61,120 nt of DNA. It comes from an uncultured Deferribacteres bacterium. GTDB taxonomy: Bacteria; Zhuqueibacterota; Zhuqueibacteria; Zhuqueibacterales; Geothermadaptataceae. Made by a program: the position numbers and the translations under genes. This document shows positions 45,779 through 56,275 of this stretch, piece after piece (within the stretch, counting starts at the first letter, position 1; each line of letters begins with the position of its first letter). The notes under the pieces were generated by a model. The model was not told the DNA's origin and did not search any database. It saw only the letters and a program-made list of their open reading frames with translations. The DNA lies in the NCBI GenBank assembly GCA_964014485.1, contig CAXHAT010000014.1, positions 1 through 61,120 of the forward strand. Reading direction: 5' to 3'.

Positions 45779-48700
45779 TTATTTTTGATGATCAGCTTTG
45801 GGCAATATTTCGTCAAAATGCTTGACCATTTCCGAGCTATCTTGGTCGCTGATCTTAATTGTATTTTTACCCAATCCCTTTTTGTATTCCTCGGTGTTAC
45901 TGTTGAACTTCCGGGTTATTTCATTCATGTGCATCTCAAATGTGGCCCGGGTGCTTCGCACAAGCTGATCCAACCCTTCCTGCGCTTCCTGCTTGGACAT
46001 TTCAACGCTCTCAGTTTTGACACGAAGGCTGGCCAGCTCACTCCCTTCGATCTCCAGCGTTGTAGCCCGTTTGAATTCCTGTGGAGGGCAGCTTTGGATA
46101 AGCGTATCGATAAACTCGATAATCACTTTTAGAACAACCCGCCCCCCTTCTCGGCCATCGGACTCTTCGTAGCGCGCATGACACTCGTCGGCGAGTATAT
46201 CTATGACATTTGGAGAAACAACAAGTGCTTTATTGCGCGATTTTTGAAAAGCCTTTGCCTTTTTGTTGAGTTGTAACACCAAAATATTTTTGAGCGCCTC
46301 CCGGTTAAGCGGTCTGAAAACGACAATTTTTTGCACCCGCGCCAAAAATTCCGGTGTAAAGATCGGCATGCGGCCATCGGAGGTCTTTGCTTTATAAAGT
46401 TCCTCCTTCACGGCTTTCTGTATGGCTTCATAGCTGGCATCTTCAGCATAAAGATCGGAAGCACGAGCCGACCCAATATTGCTGGTCAAAATAAAGATGC
46501 TACGACTGGCATTAGCGCGAATATTTCTTTTGTCAACGATCCAGCCTTCGTCGAACAAATTCAAAAACGGCTTCCAAATATCAGGATGCGCTTTCTCGAT
46601 TTCATCAAGCAATACCACGCAGTAGGGATCTTTATTGATTTCATTGATCAGTGGCCCGCCCTCCTCAGCGCCAACGTAGCCCGGGGGCACGCCGATGATC
46701 CCGGAAATCGAGTGTGCTTCTGTAAAATTGCCCATGGTAAAAGTGACCAAACGCTTGGTCGCGGAATATAGATTGGCAATAGTTTTAGCCAGTTCGGTTT
46801 TTCCGGTTCCGGTCATGCCTGCAAAGAGAATGACACTGGCAGGCTTCTCAGGATCTTTCATACCGGAGCGAATAAGAGCTAATTCTTTCGCACAAATATC
46901 AATCGCTTCCTTCTGACCTGTGACACGCGAAGAAAGCGATTGTTCGAAATTCGCATCCTCCGTACTGCCTTCCAACGTTTCTTCTGGGACGCCGGTTAAC
47001 TTGGAGACGACTTCAATCACCTTATCCGGCCCTATCGATAGCTCATCCTTTGCGATTTCCTTCTCTAACGTCATGGAGTCAGCCGCCTCTTCGAGCACTT
47101 CGATTGCCTTTTGTGGGAAGTATTCTGAGAGCATGTATTGTTCAGTCAATTGCACAGCCTTCTCAACAGCGCTCTCTGAAATGGACATGCCAAACCTTTG
47201 ATTCCACGCTGGAATGAGGTTCAATAGGATTTCCCGAGTCAAGTCCAGCCCCGGCTCTTTTTGCTCGAATACTTCAAACAGCTTTTGCAAACGGAAATCC
47301 TCGCGAAAAACAACATGATACACTGACGGTTTGATGGTGATTAGAAATTGCACGTCCGTTTTTTGCAGTGCATATTGAAATTGCTCAAGAAAGGCTTCTG
47401 TTGGATTCTCTTCCTCATTGTCCTTCAGAAAAACACTTTCCAATCCATCCAGGCACAAAATCAGATCCTTTTTACCATAGACGAACTGCAAGGCATCGGT
47501 TAAGAATGTCTTCTTGCCCTGAGGCGCAAGACGGCCACAATCCAGACGGATTATTCTTTTTTTGGCGAGGTCCTTGATGTCTTTCCCGTTCATCTCAAGG
47601 GCAAGTTGCTCGACAAAAGAGGTTCGGCCAATACCAGTTTCACCCAGGACGATGACGCTGTTGCGTTTTTTCTTGTAGAGGACTTTCATCACATCTGCCG
47701 TCAACGCCTCAAATCCTTTCTTCGCATTTATCTTCTGCTTCTGCGCTTCCCAGGTGAGATCCCGGCCAACCAGGTTGTGGGGAATCGTCATCGGTGGATC
47801 TTCATCCAATGGGTCGGGAGCTTTTAAGCGAATCTCATCCGTAACCCGTTGTGAATCGATCTGATTGTTATCCAAGATGTTACAAATGTTACCGCCATGG
47901 TCTTCCTGGTCTTTTTCGAGTAAGCCGGCAAAGAGGTCAAGTAACGTGATCCTCTCACCATGACGCCGCGCCATAAAAACACAGGCATCGGTTAATTTGG
48001 CCAGGCTATACTTTGAAAAAGTCGCTTTGTCTAACGTTAGGCTGTCCTGATGCTCTTGCCGGATCGGAATCAAGGAATCCACGATATCACGAAATCCGAT
48101 AAAGGTGAGATGGGGCGGCAGGTTCTTACGAAGACAGGTTTCGATGACATTATGATCAGCGTACAGAATGGCGGCTAAAATGTGAGTAGGCAGAATGAAA
48201 TCCATACCTTGCTGCGCCGCGCGTTGGGCCGCAACTTGCAGCGCGTTTAAAGCTTCTTTTGTGAAACGACGTCCATCCAGCGCCTCCTCCTCATCGAACA
48301 GCTGGATATCAGTCACATCGATGAGCAATTTGTTTAGATCTTGCTTTACCTTCTCAAGGCGAAAGAAAATCTCAAACTCCTTGATCACCTCTCTGTCAGC
48401 TTGTTCTAAGAACAACTTCCAGGCATCGACTTCATCGTGCCAGGCTTCACCGGCTTCTTGACTCGCTTCATCGATTCCACGCAGCCACTCGAGTGCATAG
48501 GCATCAAATTCATCGTCTTTGCCTTCGAACATTCGCTCTGTTTCCGGCTGCATTTTGATTGCGTCTTCGAGGAAGCCGGTAAAATCATCGATGTCGACAC
48601 CATCTTGTATATTGTTGACGAATGCGCTACGGACCTCCGGTGTCGCTCTTTTCAAGGCACTATGAACGATGGCATACCATGTGATTTTTTCATAAAACTT

Positions 48701-48784
48701 CTGAGTTGTTGTGTTTTCAGAGAGTTCGATCGCATCTTCGAGCCAAATCTGGTAGGTCGGATTCAGCTTGTCCAAAAGGGACAT
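45779..48784 (-). CDS. Clp/Hsp100 AAA+ protein with double Clp-N repeats, degenerate D1 and intact D2
   Basis: Clp-N repeats (RFTKEA..., FSKYS...). D1 reads GETGIGRTS and LCLDGLE. D2 reads GMTGTGKTE, PPGYVG and LLDEIEKAHP. AAGGAG RBS before ATG 48784. Confidence 0.88.
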   Translation of the reverse strand: MSLLDKLNPTYQIWLEDAIELSENTTTQKFYEKITWYAIVHSALKRATPEVRSAFVNNIQDGVDIDDFTGFLEDAIKMQPETERMFEGKDDEFDAYALEWLRGIDEASQEAGEAWHDEVDAWKLFLEQADREVIKEFEIFFRLEKVKQDLNKLLIDVTDIQLFDEEEALDGRRFTKEALNALQVAAQRAAQQGMDFILPTHILAAILYADHNVIETCLRKNLPPHLTFIGFRDIVDSLIPIRQEHQDSLTLDKATFSKYSLAKLTDACVFMARRHGERITLLDLFAGLLEKDQEDHGGNICNILDNNQIDSQRVTDEIRLKAPDPLDEDPPMTIPHNLVGRDLTWEAQKQKINAKKGFEALTADVMKVLYKKKRNSVIVLGETGIGRTSFVEQLALEMNGKDIKDLAKKRIIRLDCGRLAPQGKKTFLTDALQFVYGKKDLILCLDGLESVFLKDNEEENPTEAFLEQFQYALQKTDVQFLITIKPSVYHVVFREDFRLQKLFEVFEQKEPGLDLTREILLNLIPAWNQRFGMSISESAVEKAVQLTEQYMLSEYFPQKAIEVLEEAADSMTLEKEIAKDELSIGPDKVIEVVSKLTGVPEETLEGSTEDANFEQSLSSRVTGQKEAIDICAKELALIRSGMKDPEKPASVILFAGMTGTGKTELAKTIANLYSATKRLVTFTMGNFTEAHSISGIIGVPPGYVGAEEGGPLINEINKDPYCVVLLDEIEKAHPDIWKPFLNLFDEGWIVDKRNIRANASRSIFILTSNIGSARASDLYAEDASYEAIQKAVKEELYKAKTSDGRMPIFTPEFLARVQKIVVFRPLNREALKNILVLQLNKKAKAFQKSRNKALVVSPNVIDILADECHARYEESDGREGGRVVLKVIIEFIDTLIQSCPPQEFKRATTLEIEGSELASLRVKTESVEMSKQEAQEGLDQLVRSTRATFEMHMNEITRKFNSNTEEYKKGLGKNTIKISDQDSSEMVKHFDEILPKADHQK

Positions 48785-48953
48785 CGTCTGCTCCTTTTCA
48801 TAAAAATTCTTCAAGATTTCTCGGGAGCGCGTGCGAGATGAGATTGAAATAGATGTTGGTCGTTCTTGTCACCGGTGCAATTCTTTCTAAAGACCCCAGG
48901 CGAGACGGAACGCGTTTTGAAGAAACCCGCAGCGAGCGTTAGTCGCCCTTTTT

Positions 48954-51900
48954 CTATTCTTTGCTCTTCTCTGACTTTTCTTCTGTTTTCAAAAAAGATT
49001 GCGCACGACTGGCAAGAGTATTTACAGGTGCTTTACCAGACAGCAATTGACTTATACGCTGCCTCCGCTCCGGGTCATTTCGGGTACACGTCTTAAACAA
49101 GTCCGAACGCCCAAATCCAAGGTCAATTATGATAAATTTATCTAGGCTTTCTTGTATCTTTTGGAAATCTTTATGATTCATTTGCGTTAGTTTCTTTTCG
49201 TAGAATTCGTCTAAGGCCTCTGAAATCGCTTTAAAATTCAGGTAGACTTGGTCACCTGAATCGAGCAAGCTCTGAACTCCAGCATTCGCGTGCCTTTCAA
49301 TATTTTCGCATACACGGTTCAGAAATTTCTTTATCCCGGTCGAGTGATTCGAGAAATGTATATAAAAACACAAATCAGCGGCACGCTTAACATAATCTGT
49401 TTCGCTCGGTGTCTTATAGTCTATCTCAACTCCCGGTTTAGGAAGCTCAGTATTGGCATTCGGTTTACTCTTCTGCAACATGCAATCCGCCAGGTGTTCG
49501 CAGTATTGGCTGTCACCGCCTTTAATCATGAATTCCAGAAGCTTATCATTTTTAGGATCGAGAGGTTTGACTCTCTCTTTGTGGAAGTCTGGATGCTTTT
49601 CAAAAATTAGATCGAGCATTTTGAACCACTGTAGATTTTTTCGTGGAACAAACTTCACTTTGTCCTTTTTCCAATTACTGATCGACGAATAACTGTACTG
49701 CAATTTCTTAAGTGTAGCAGTGGCGATATCATATGGGTTCTTTTTTTCATCTCCGCAAAATAGACCGCTCAGGATTTTTAGATCGAGTTGACGCGGTTTT
49801 GCGATCAGTTTTTTTGCTTGACTCTTTTGACCTTTTACGAAGCCGGAAACATCAAAAATCTTAACAAAGCGCGTCAAACGCCAATAGGCATCTTTTTGCT
49901 TGTAATGTTCATGGCGATGGTACTCACAGAGATATTCCAGGGCATCACACTGATATTTCTCGATTTGCTGCGCATATCTCCACCCATGGTCATAGGTCTT
50001 GATGCTTAAATGGCTCTGGTAAAACAGCCAAAAAATCTTCGCGATCTGATTCTGTTTGTCATAGGCACAGGCACGGCTTGCCAAATCAAGAATTCCTTTG
50101 TGCAGTGCTTTTTCACGGGGGTTAGGAGAGCCTGAATTGCCGTTTGCAATGCTATTGAGAGAGAAGAGTTGCTTTGCGATAGAAACCCAGACTCCACCTT
50201 TCTCAATCTTAAATCCGTCCTTTTCCAAGAGCTCTCTGAGATGCTCAAGGAGCGTGTTTTGCAAAAAAACGAAGTCATTGTTGTTTGAATTTTGCGTGTC
50301 CGATTTTAGATTCTTGATCACATTTGACATGCAGTCGTGATATATACTAGTTTCTCCTTCTTTCAACCAGTGGAAAAGCTGTGATGTCGCAGCTTCAATC
50401 TTGCTTTCAGATTTGGTGTTCTTATCGAATCGAAAACGAACTGTAAATTCAAACAGAAACGTCTCTGCATCCTGATACATGGGTTTGGACGATAAATGCC
50501 AAAAGTGGAAAAGTAGCGCCGGGTATGTTTCATGATTGATGAAAATCTCCAACGTGTCCTGCAGAAAGTCCTTATACTGCTTCCGTTTATTGTCAGGTAG
50601 AAAAGCTTGGCAAAGACCGTCAATTACGTCCTTTTCGGGTTCCTCTTTTTGAACTTTGCCGCGCAAATCATCGCTGCATTCTTTCAACAGCTCGGCGAGT
50701 TGGAGATGTTTGATTAGACTGAGGCTGCCTGGTGGCAGTAGTTCCTTGTCCTCGATAAGGAAGCCAACAATTTTATCGAGCAGGCGCTTGCGAACATTTA
50801 GAATGTCAGTGCGAGAAATCACCTCATTCACTCTGGAAGAGTCCATAAAACAGAATTCATAGTATTGGAATTCTTCAGCCAAAGGCTGTAAATGGAGTTG
50901 AAGTTTTTTCTCGTCGAGATAAATACAAAATGCGTAGACGAATTCTTCCATAACAAAGCCAGGATGGCTACGCAGTACCCTGTTGAAAATGGCAGCCAGT
51001 GACTTCTCGAATCCTTCAGCTTTCTTATCCGCACAAATAAAGACTGCCGTAAAATACTCGCTCAGTCGACTTTTGTCTGTTTGGTTGTGCACCCGTACTC
51101 CAGCAGAATCTGACATCGCTTTGATGATCTCAGTATTCAGCCGCTGCGTGAGTTCTTCTTTAATTCTGGGCTTATCTTCTTGCTCGATAAAAGTTTCTAG
51201 GAGCGATTTTGGTAAGTCCAATTCGCTCCCGAGTTGAGGCAATCGAGCTATGAGTGGGAAATAAGAATCGTCGAGAATTTTAGCCTGCTCCTGTTCGTGC
51301 GTCTGCTCATAAATTCGGATCGTGCAAGCAATTTTGTCACTAGGAGAGAGGCTGCAAGTTCCTATAAAAGCCAAAAGCGTACTCACGCATGACTTGGTGT
51401 TGGCTTCCGGAATCGCATCATACAGCACCAGGATTTCAGCAATCAACTCATCCCCCTGCAACGTTTTACTTCCGGGTTCGCTCAACATCCGGATGAAACG
51501 CTGGTACCATTGCCTTTCCGGATCTCCTGCCACCGGTTCTTTCGATGTCATCCAAGCTATCTGTTGTTTGAGTTTTAGCGAATTTAAAACGCATCTTGCG
51601 ATTTCCTTCTTCCCCCCTACATCCCAGAGCAGCAAACCCTTTAACAAACTCCAATATTCTGAATCCTGCTCCGCTTTGTTGATGATTTTACCCCAAAGCA
51701 GCACAGGCTCGCATCGACTGATTTTATTGGAATGATTATCAACAAAGCTGGCAAAACCATCAAAAACAAGTTTATAAAAGTCGCGAATTTCATCTTGTTC
51801 CACCTTCCATGTTGAAGATTGGGCCAATAGTTCTGCTAGTGCATCCAAGATAGGTGGTCCGGCTTTCGTAAGAATCGCCGGCCCTAAAGTCTGGCGAAAT

Positions 51901-53066
51901 GCCGTCTCAATAAACTTCTTATCAATTTTATGCGAATATTGTGCGCGCATTTGAGTGAGGTGGAACAAGCTCTGCATGACACGCAGCGGTTCATCGAAAG
52001 GAGCATTTTGCGCTGTTGTCCCCAAAATCCTGGTGACTTCTTGCAGAAAAGAAACTGAATAAAATTGGGGTGTTTGGTGTGGATTCGGCCGTTGCCCTTG
52101 ACGAACGTGAGTACGGTAAGCCTGCAGGAGTTGATCGGTTTTAGCCCTGCCGTGATAACCAAAGAAACTGCCCAGGATAGTGACATTGTCATTTCGGCGT
52201 TTAATTTTCTCCATGGTCAAAGGAAGGTCGCTTTTGCTGCCATAGCGCGTTGGCAGGGGGCCAAAATCCGTATAAGCATCAGCACTAAAATCGAAACCGA
52301 ATGCGCTGTGACCAAGCATGTTTTGAGTGATTGGCGCCCGGAGTGAGTGCCTCAGAATCAGCCAATTAAACCCGGGCATGCGCGGCAAGGTGCGCCCGGT
52401 CCAAAATTGTACCTTCTTACGCTGAGCATCGGAGATCCACGACCAAATTACGCGAAACAAGTGAATGCCGTTTTCATCACTCGTCGCTTCATCTTCAGGT
52501 GGTTTCGGGTGAATCACGAGGTATTGCGCTGTTTTATCATCCAATGCTTTTTCGCCTGCGAAGACCAAATGGCTAAGCAACTTGTCATTAGCCCCCGTCC
52601 CAGTAGCCACATAGTTGGCCGCCTGTTCGAGCGTATTCGAATCGATGAGCCTTTCAACTGGAATTGGATCCTTTAATGTATCGACAGACTCGCCGTCCCA
52701 TCCATCTCTCCAGCCGCTCCATTTACTAAAAATGCTCAAGGCATCATACTGGTAAAATTTATCTTTGTCCTGCTCATCTACAATGAGCACATGCGCAAAG
52801 ATGTTGCCTGGGCGATTGTCCGCTGATTTTCCGGCATCCCGAATCCGAATGAGCGCCGGTAGATCGCCAATGGTTTGTAGTGAAAATAACAAGAATCCCT
52901 TGGGCAAGTTTTCGGCTTCCGGAATCGTCAGGCAGGTTTTTAAACGATGGTCCCAGAGTCGAAAATAGTCTTTGTCACTTGCCCAAACAATTTGCCAGCC
53001 CTTCTGCTGGTGATAAACACCTTTGGTGGCATGTGTATAAAACAGTTGCTTAAATCCCAGGGTCAT
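48954..53066 (-). CDS. GTPase-associated protein 1 (GAP1-N2-like N-terminus) with a long helical C-terminus
   Basis: QLFYT...GWQ...DAGKSADNRPGNIFAHVL signature. ATGA overlap with the upstream gene. Confidence 0.75.
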   Translation of the reverse strand: MTLGFKQLFYTHATKGVYHQQKGWQIVWASDKDYFRLWDHRLKTCLTIPEAENLPKGFLLFSLQTIGDLPALIRIRDAGKSADNRPGNIFAHVLIVDEQDKDKFYQYDALSIFSKWSGWRDGWDGESVDTLKDPIPVERLIDSNTLEQAANYVATGTGANDKLLSHLVFAGEKALDDKTAQYLVIHPKPPEDEATSDENGIHLFRVIWSWISDAQRKKVQFWTGRTLPRMPGFNWLILRHSLRAPITQNMLGHSAFGFDFSADAYTDFGPLPTRYGSKSDLPLTMEKIKRRNDNVTILGSFFGYHGRAKTDQLLQAYRTHVRQGQRPNPHQTPQFYSVSFLQEVTRILGTTAQNAPFDEPLRVMQSLFHLTQMRAQYSHKIDKKFIETAFRQTLGPAILTKAGPPILDALAELLAQSSTWKVEQDEIRDFYKLVFDGFASFVDNHSNKISRCEPVLLWGKIINKAEQDSEYWSLLKGLLLWDVGGKKEIARCVLNSLKLKQQIAWMTSKEPVAGDPERQWYQRFIRMLSEPGSKTLQGDELIAEILVLYDAIPEANTKSCVSTLLAFIGTCSLSPSDKIACTIRIYEQTHEQEQAKILDDSYFPLIARLPQLGSELDLPKSLLETFIEQEDKPRIKEELTQRLNTEIIKAMSDSAGVRVHNQTDKSRLSEYFTAVFICADKKAEGFEKSLAAIFNRVLRSHPGFVMEEFVYAFCIYLDEKKLQLHLQPLAEEFQYYEFCFMDSSRVNEVISRTDILNVRKRLLDKIVGFLIEDKELLPPGSLSLIKHLQLAELLKECSDDLRGKVQKEEPEKDVIDGLCQAFLPDNKRKQYKDFLQDTLEIFINHETYPALLFHFWHLSSKPMYQDAETFLFEFTVRFRFDKNTKSESKIEAATSQLFHWLKEGETSIYHDCMSNVIKNLKSDTQNSNNNDFVFLQNTLLEHLRELLEKDGFKIEKGGVWVSIAKQLFSLNSIANGNSGSPNPREKALHKGILDLASRACAYDKQNQIAKIFWLFYQSHLSIKTYDHGWRYAQQIEKYQCDALEYLCEYHRHEHYKQKDAYWRLTRFVKIFDVSGFVKGQKSQAKKLIAKPRQLDLKILSGLFCGDEKKNPYDIATATLKKLQYSYSSISNWKKDKVKFVPRKNLQWFKMLDLIFEKHPDFHKERVKPLDPKNDKLLEFMIKGGDSQYCEHLADCMLQKSKPNANTELPKPGVEIDYKTPSETDYVKRAADLCFYIHFSNHSTGIKKFLNRVCENIERHANAGVQSLLDSGDQVYLNFKAISEALDEFYEKKLTQMNHKDFQKIQESLDKFIIIDLGFGRSDLFKTCTRNDPERRQRISQLLSGKAPVNTLASRAQSFLKTEEKSEKSKE

Positions 53067-54829
53067 TGGCCGATCCCGGTTAAAGTCAGTTTGTTTTGCA
53101 AAGCGTCGTCGATCATAACATCGATCCATCTTGGCGCATAATCGAAATGGCTGCCATTAGAACTCCATGGCAAAATATGAAATCGCAGATCATCAACCAT
53201 GGAATCCAATTGATGATAGATTTGGGGTACTCGACGTCGCACCGCCTGTGCTGCTATTGGATCATTTGCCGGATTAAAGGCCACCCAGGGGCGTACTTTG
53301 AACTGAGATTCGCGTTCCTGGATCTCCATCACGTGCAAAATCGGGGGGCGATGATCGGCGGACGCATCTAATGCCCGAATGATTTGGCTAATCGTCACCA
53401 GATCTTTGTTTATTGGGCTGTCAACGACGTTATCATCATAAATTGGATTGAACCATTGATTGGGGACAATCCAAATAAACATATCTTGGCGTGCCTGCAT
53501 GCGAAACGAGCCAATATAAAATGAGTTGAGATCATCCTGAGACTTGTCTGGGTTGACTTCTGAAAAGTGAATTAAGGTAGGTTCATCCACGTTCGCTTCA
53601 GGGCTGACTTTGAGCAGTTGCGTGGCGGTATCATTATCCACTTCGTACGCGATTTTCTTTGTTTTCAGGTGGGCATAGCGGACTGGCCAGCGTTCATGTA
53701 AGTTGCGTGACATAGTCGAAAACATTGCGCTTTTCTTTTCTTCACCTAAAACAGTAATTTGCAAGTCGGCAAAGTAGTTGGAGCGGATTGTAAAGGCTTG
53801 TAGTTCGCGCAGGAAAGCGGATAAATAAGTTGATGAATCAGACAACAAATCAACCCGGACGAGCAGTTGATTCATAGCGGCCGTAGCAAATTCAATGCGA
53901 TTTGCTGAATAGGCAATTTCCTTATAGATAAAGGAGCAGGTCATTTTTTTGCTGGAGACATAATCGTGAAACAAGTGGTATAGAACCAGGTCAAAGTCCC
54001 TCAAGTCCTTCAATCCGAGCTGGCGCAGAGCACGTTGGTATCTTTTCGGCTGATCTATTTTCAGGACTGGGATTTGTCTCAGCTCCTCGAATCGTCTTGG
54101 GCTGATAGTGGTTCCAAGAAAGATGAAATGCACAGATTCGATCCAGCAGAAATTTTTCGTTTTTTGCAGCACCTCACTGACACGCTTATGCAATGTACTA
54201 CGATATTCGCCGCGCCCTTTTTTTGTTTTTTTTGTAAGAAAATCATCGTCCATCACGATGACCAAATGGTTTAACTCAGTTGGCTTGAGTTCGCGCGGAA
54301 ATGGGTCCGCATCCGTCTCTTCATTTTGATCCACTTCGCTGGCTTGTTCATTCTTATCACTTTGCTCTTCATCTTCAGCGGGTTCCGGTTTAGGAAAAAG
54401 GTGATTTCCGAGCTCCAGACTCGACGCAGGTAATGGCCCAATATTCAATGTCGTGCATTCGATTGTAACTTCGTTCTGCAAGTAAAAATGGGCAAACGGG
54501 GGCTGTGCAAGCAGATATCGAACAGGTTCAAGAACCGGAGCTTTTGGTTCATCTTCCCTGGGTGGGGGGGCAGGTTTTTGCCATGAAGCAGGCAAGAACG
54601 CCAAGAGTTTTCGTAATAGGCGAAGGGAAGGCGATTCTTGTTTCTTCGCAAGTTCAGGTTGCCTCGGCTCTGGCGCGGCTGGTTGCTTCGGATTTTGAAC
54701 TTCAAAAGACGCGCTATCGACCAGGAGGCTGAAATCGGCATGCGACTGCAATATGCGTTTCAATACGCGCGACGTGGAATCGGCGGTATTATGCGGTACA
54801 TCCATAAAATAAAGTTTGACTTTTTTCAT
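53063..54829 (-). CDS. Hypothetical protein, possibly an inactive double GTPase-fold protein
   Basis: 588-aa ORF between the GTPase and GAP1. Alternating strand/helix pattern with two eroded P-loop-like starts (KLYFMD..., QITVLGEEKKS). No GKT/S motif. Confidence 0.5.
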   Translation of the reverse strand: MKKVKLYFMDVPHNTADSTSRVLKRILQSHADFSLLVDSASFEVQNPKQPAAPEPRQPELAKKQESPSLRLLRKLLAFLPASWQKPAPPPREDEPKAPVLEPVRYLLAQPPFAHFYLQNEVTIECTTLNIGPLPASSLELGNHLFPKPEPAEDEEQSDKNEQASEVDQNEETDADPFPRELKPTELNHLVIVMDDDFLTKKTKKGRGEYRSTLHKRVSEVLQKTKNFCWIESVHFIFLGTTISPRRFEELRQIPVLKIDQPKRYQRALRQLGLKDLRDFDLVLYHLFHDYVSSKKMTCSFIYKEIAYSANRIEFATAAMNQLLVRVDLLSDSSTYLSAFLRELQAFTIRSNYFADLQITVLGEEKKSAMFSTMSRNLHERWPVRYAHLKTKKIAYEVDNDTATQLLKVSPEANVDEPTLIHFSEVNPDKSQDDLNSFYIGSFRMQARQDMFIWIVPNQWFNPIYDDNVVDSPINKDLVTISQIIRALDASADHRPPILHVMEIQERESQFKVRPWVAFNPANDPIAAQAVRRRVPQIYHQLDSMVDDLRFHILPWSSNGSHFDYAPRWIDVMIDDALQNKLTLTGIGQ

Positions 54830-54846
54830 ATGTAGCCGTTCCAGGG

Positions 54847-56262
54847 TTACAATAATTGGCTCTTTGAAAAGTCGCTATTGTCTGCATTGGCATCTGGGGG
54901 TATATCTGTCTGTGGCTGTTGATCTAAACTTTCAGGAGCATCATACGGGCGGAATTTGCCCATCTTCCAAAGCATCCAATAAAATGGGTCTTCCACCCGA
55001 ATAGGCTCTATTTTTTCTTCCAATTTGTTTCCGGCTGCCGGCGGATGCCCAAGAGAACTGACGCCAAAATAGCCAATATTACTCTCCTCATCGTTTGCGA
55101 GATAGCTCAATAGGCCAGAAATTTCAGGATGATATGTTTCAACATAATCCTTGACTTCCCGATTGATTTCTCTGAAATCATCAATGCAAAACTCGCCCGC
55201 ATTATAATGAGGTGATTTTTGCCACAAATGTGAATCCGGACCGAAATGGCTGAATTCGGTTCCTTTAAAAATGTCAACCTTATTTACAACTACAGCCACA
55301 AGTTTCTTCTGCAATTCATCCTCATGGTGACCGGAACGGTCAATTATATTGACGACCTGGTGTAGGACAGCTTGATCCCGTAGGCAATCCGCACCGTCTT
55401 CAGGGTTGTTTGCTTCAACATTGAGGGTTGACACAATCTCCTCACTATTTGTGGGATCCAAAAACAAAAGAATGCCCCCAACTTCGGTAAAGTATTGGAT
55501 AATTGCGTTTTTATCGTCTTCCAGTTCAAATGATTCACCAGAATAGTCGTACCATAAGGTATATGTTTTTTGGTTGGCACTGCCATCCCGGGTTATTGTG
55601 CGCAAAAGGTAGGGTTTGGGCGTCTCACCAGGTTGAGTAGGCTGGAGCATTTTTTGTTCTTTGTAAAGTCTGTTATTTTTCTGCAGGAAGTTTGCAAAAT
55701 CGTCATGTTCCGAAAAGTGACTAATGACTTTGAACTGGTCTTTGATGATCGAATTATTGAGTAGATGACGGATCAAGACTGTCATATAAATTGACTTACC
55801 AGAAGAGCCAATACCAGCGGGTGCGATCGTATTTTGCAACTCTTCCTTCGTCAACCGGGGGATCGCCTTTCGGCAGTGCGGGCAAGCGTAAAAATAGAAG
55901 CGTTGTCTGCAAGTAGGGCAAGTATGTGACTTTCCTTTGAGAATGTCTTCAACGGGAAACTCTTCATAATGCGTATCTGAATAGTTTACCCTGGTTTCCG
56001 GGCGCAAAAGTATTTGACGGGGGCCAAATGCTGGGGCGAAATCCATGGTATCGGTATCCATGTAAAACACATCGGTGTTGGAACATTTCTTTGAGGTGCA
56101 TAAGCCGAGAAAATCATCATACCAAAATTCAAGATGGCAGTTCATGCAGCGGCAGTCGCCATTCTCGTTGATGTTTTTTATCACAGGAGGACTTAAAAGC
56201 TGGGGTTCAGCGTTTTCTTGTGATTTTTTCCCACCCTGAAAAACTTTGCTTAAAATGCCCAT
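54847..56262 (-). CDS. TRAFAC-clade GTPase with N-terminal zinc ribbons (GAP1-system type)
   Basis: G1 GIGSSGKS, G3 YDYSGE, FLDP, G4 VNKVD, G5 VSSLG. CMNC, CPTC and CPHC pairs. GGAG RBS before ATG 56262. Confidence 0.85.
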   Translation of the reverse strand: MGILSKVFQGGKKSQENAEPQLLSPPVIKNINENGDCRCMNCHLEFWYDDFLGLCTSKKCSNTDVFYMDTDTMDFAPAFGPRQILLRPETRVNYSDTHYEEFPVEDILKGKSHTCPTCRQRFYFYACPHCRKAIPRLTKEELQNTIAPAGIGSSGKSIYMTVLIRHLLNNSIIKDQFKVISHFSEHDDFANFLQKNNRLYKEQKMLQPTQPGETPKPYLLRTITRDGSANQKTYTLWYDYSGESFELEDDKNAIIQYFTEVGGILLFLDPTNSEEIVSTLNVEANNPEDGADCLRDQAVLHQVVNIIDRSGHHEDELQKKLVAVVVNKVDIFKGTEFSHFGPDSHLWQKSPHYNAGEFCIDDFREINREVKDYVETYHPEISGLLSYLANDEESNIGYFGVSSLGHPPAAGNKLEEKIEPIRVEDPFYWMLWKMGKFRPYDAPESLDQQPQTDIPPDANADNSDFSKSQLL

Positions 56263-56275
56263 AGTATATCTCCTG

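Noticed and set aside
33892..48784. Type VI secretion (ClpV, OmpA, kinase) or flagellar stator
   Set aside because: No sheath, Hcp, VgrG, baseplate or flagellar genes. The MotA-like protein has a ZorA-type long tail.
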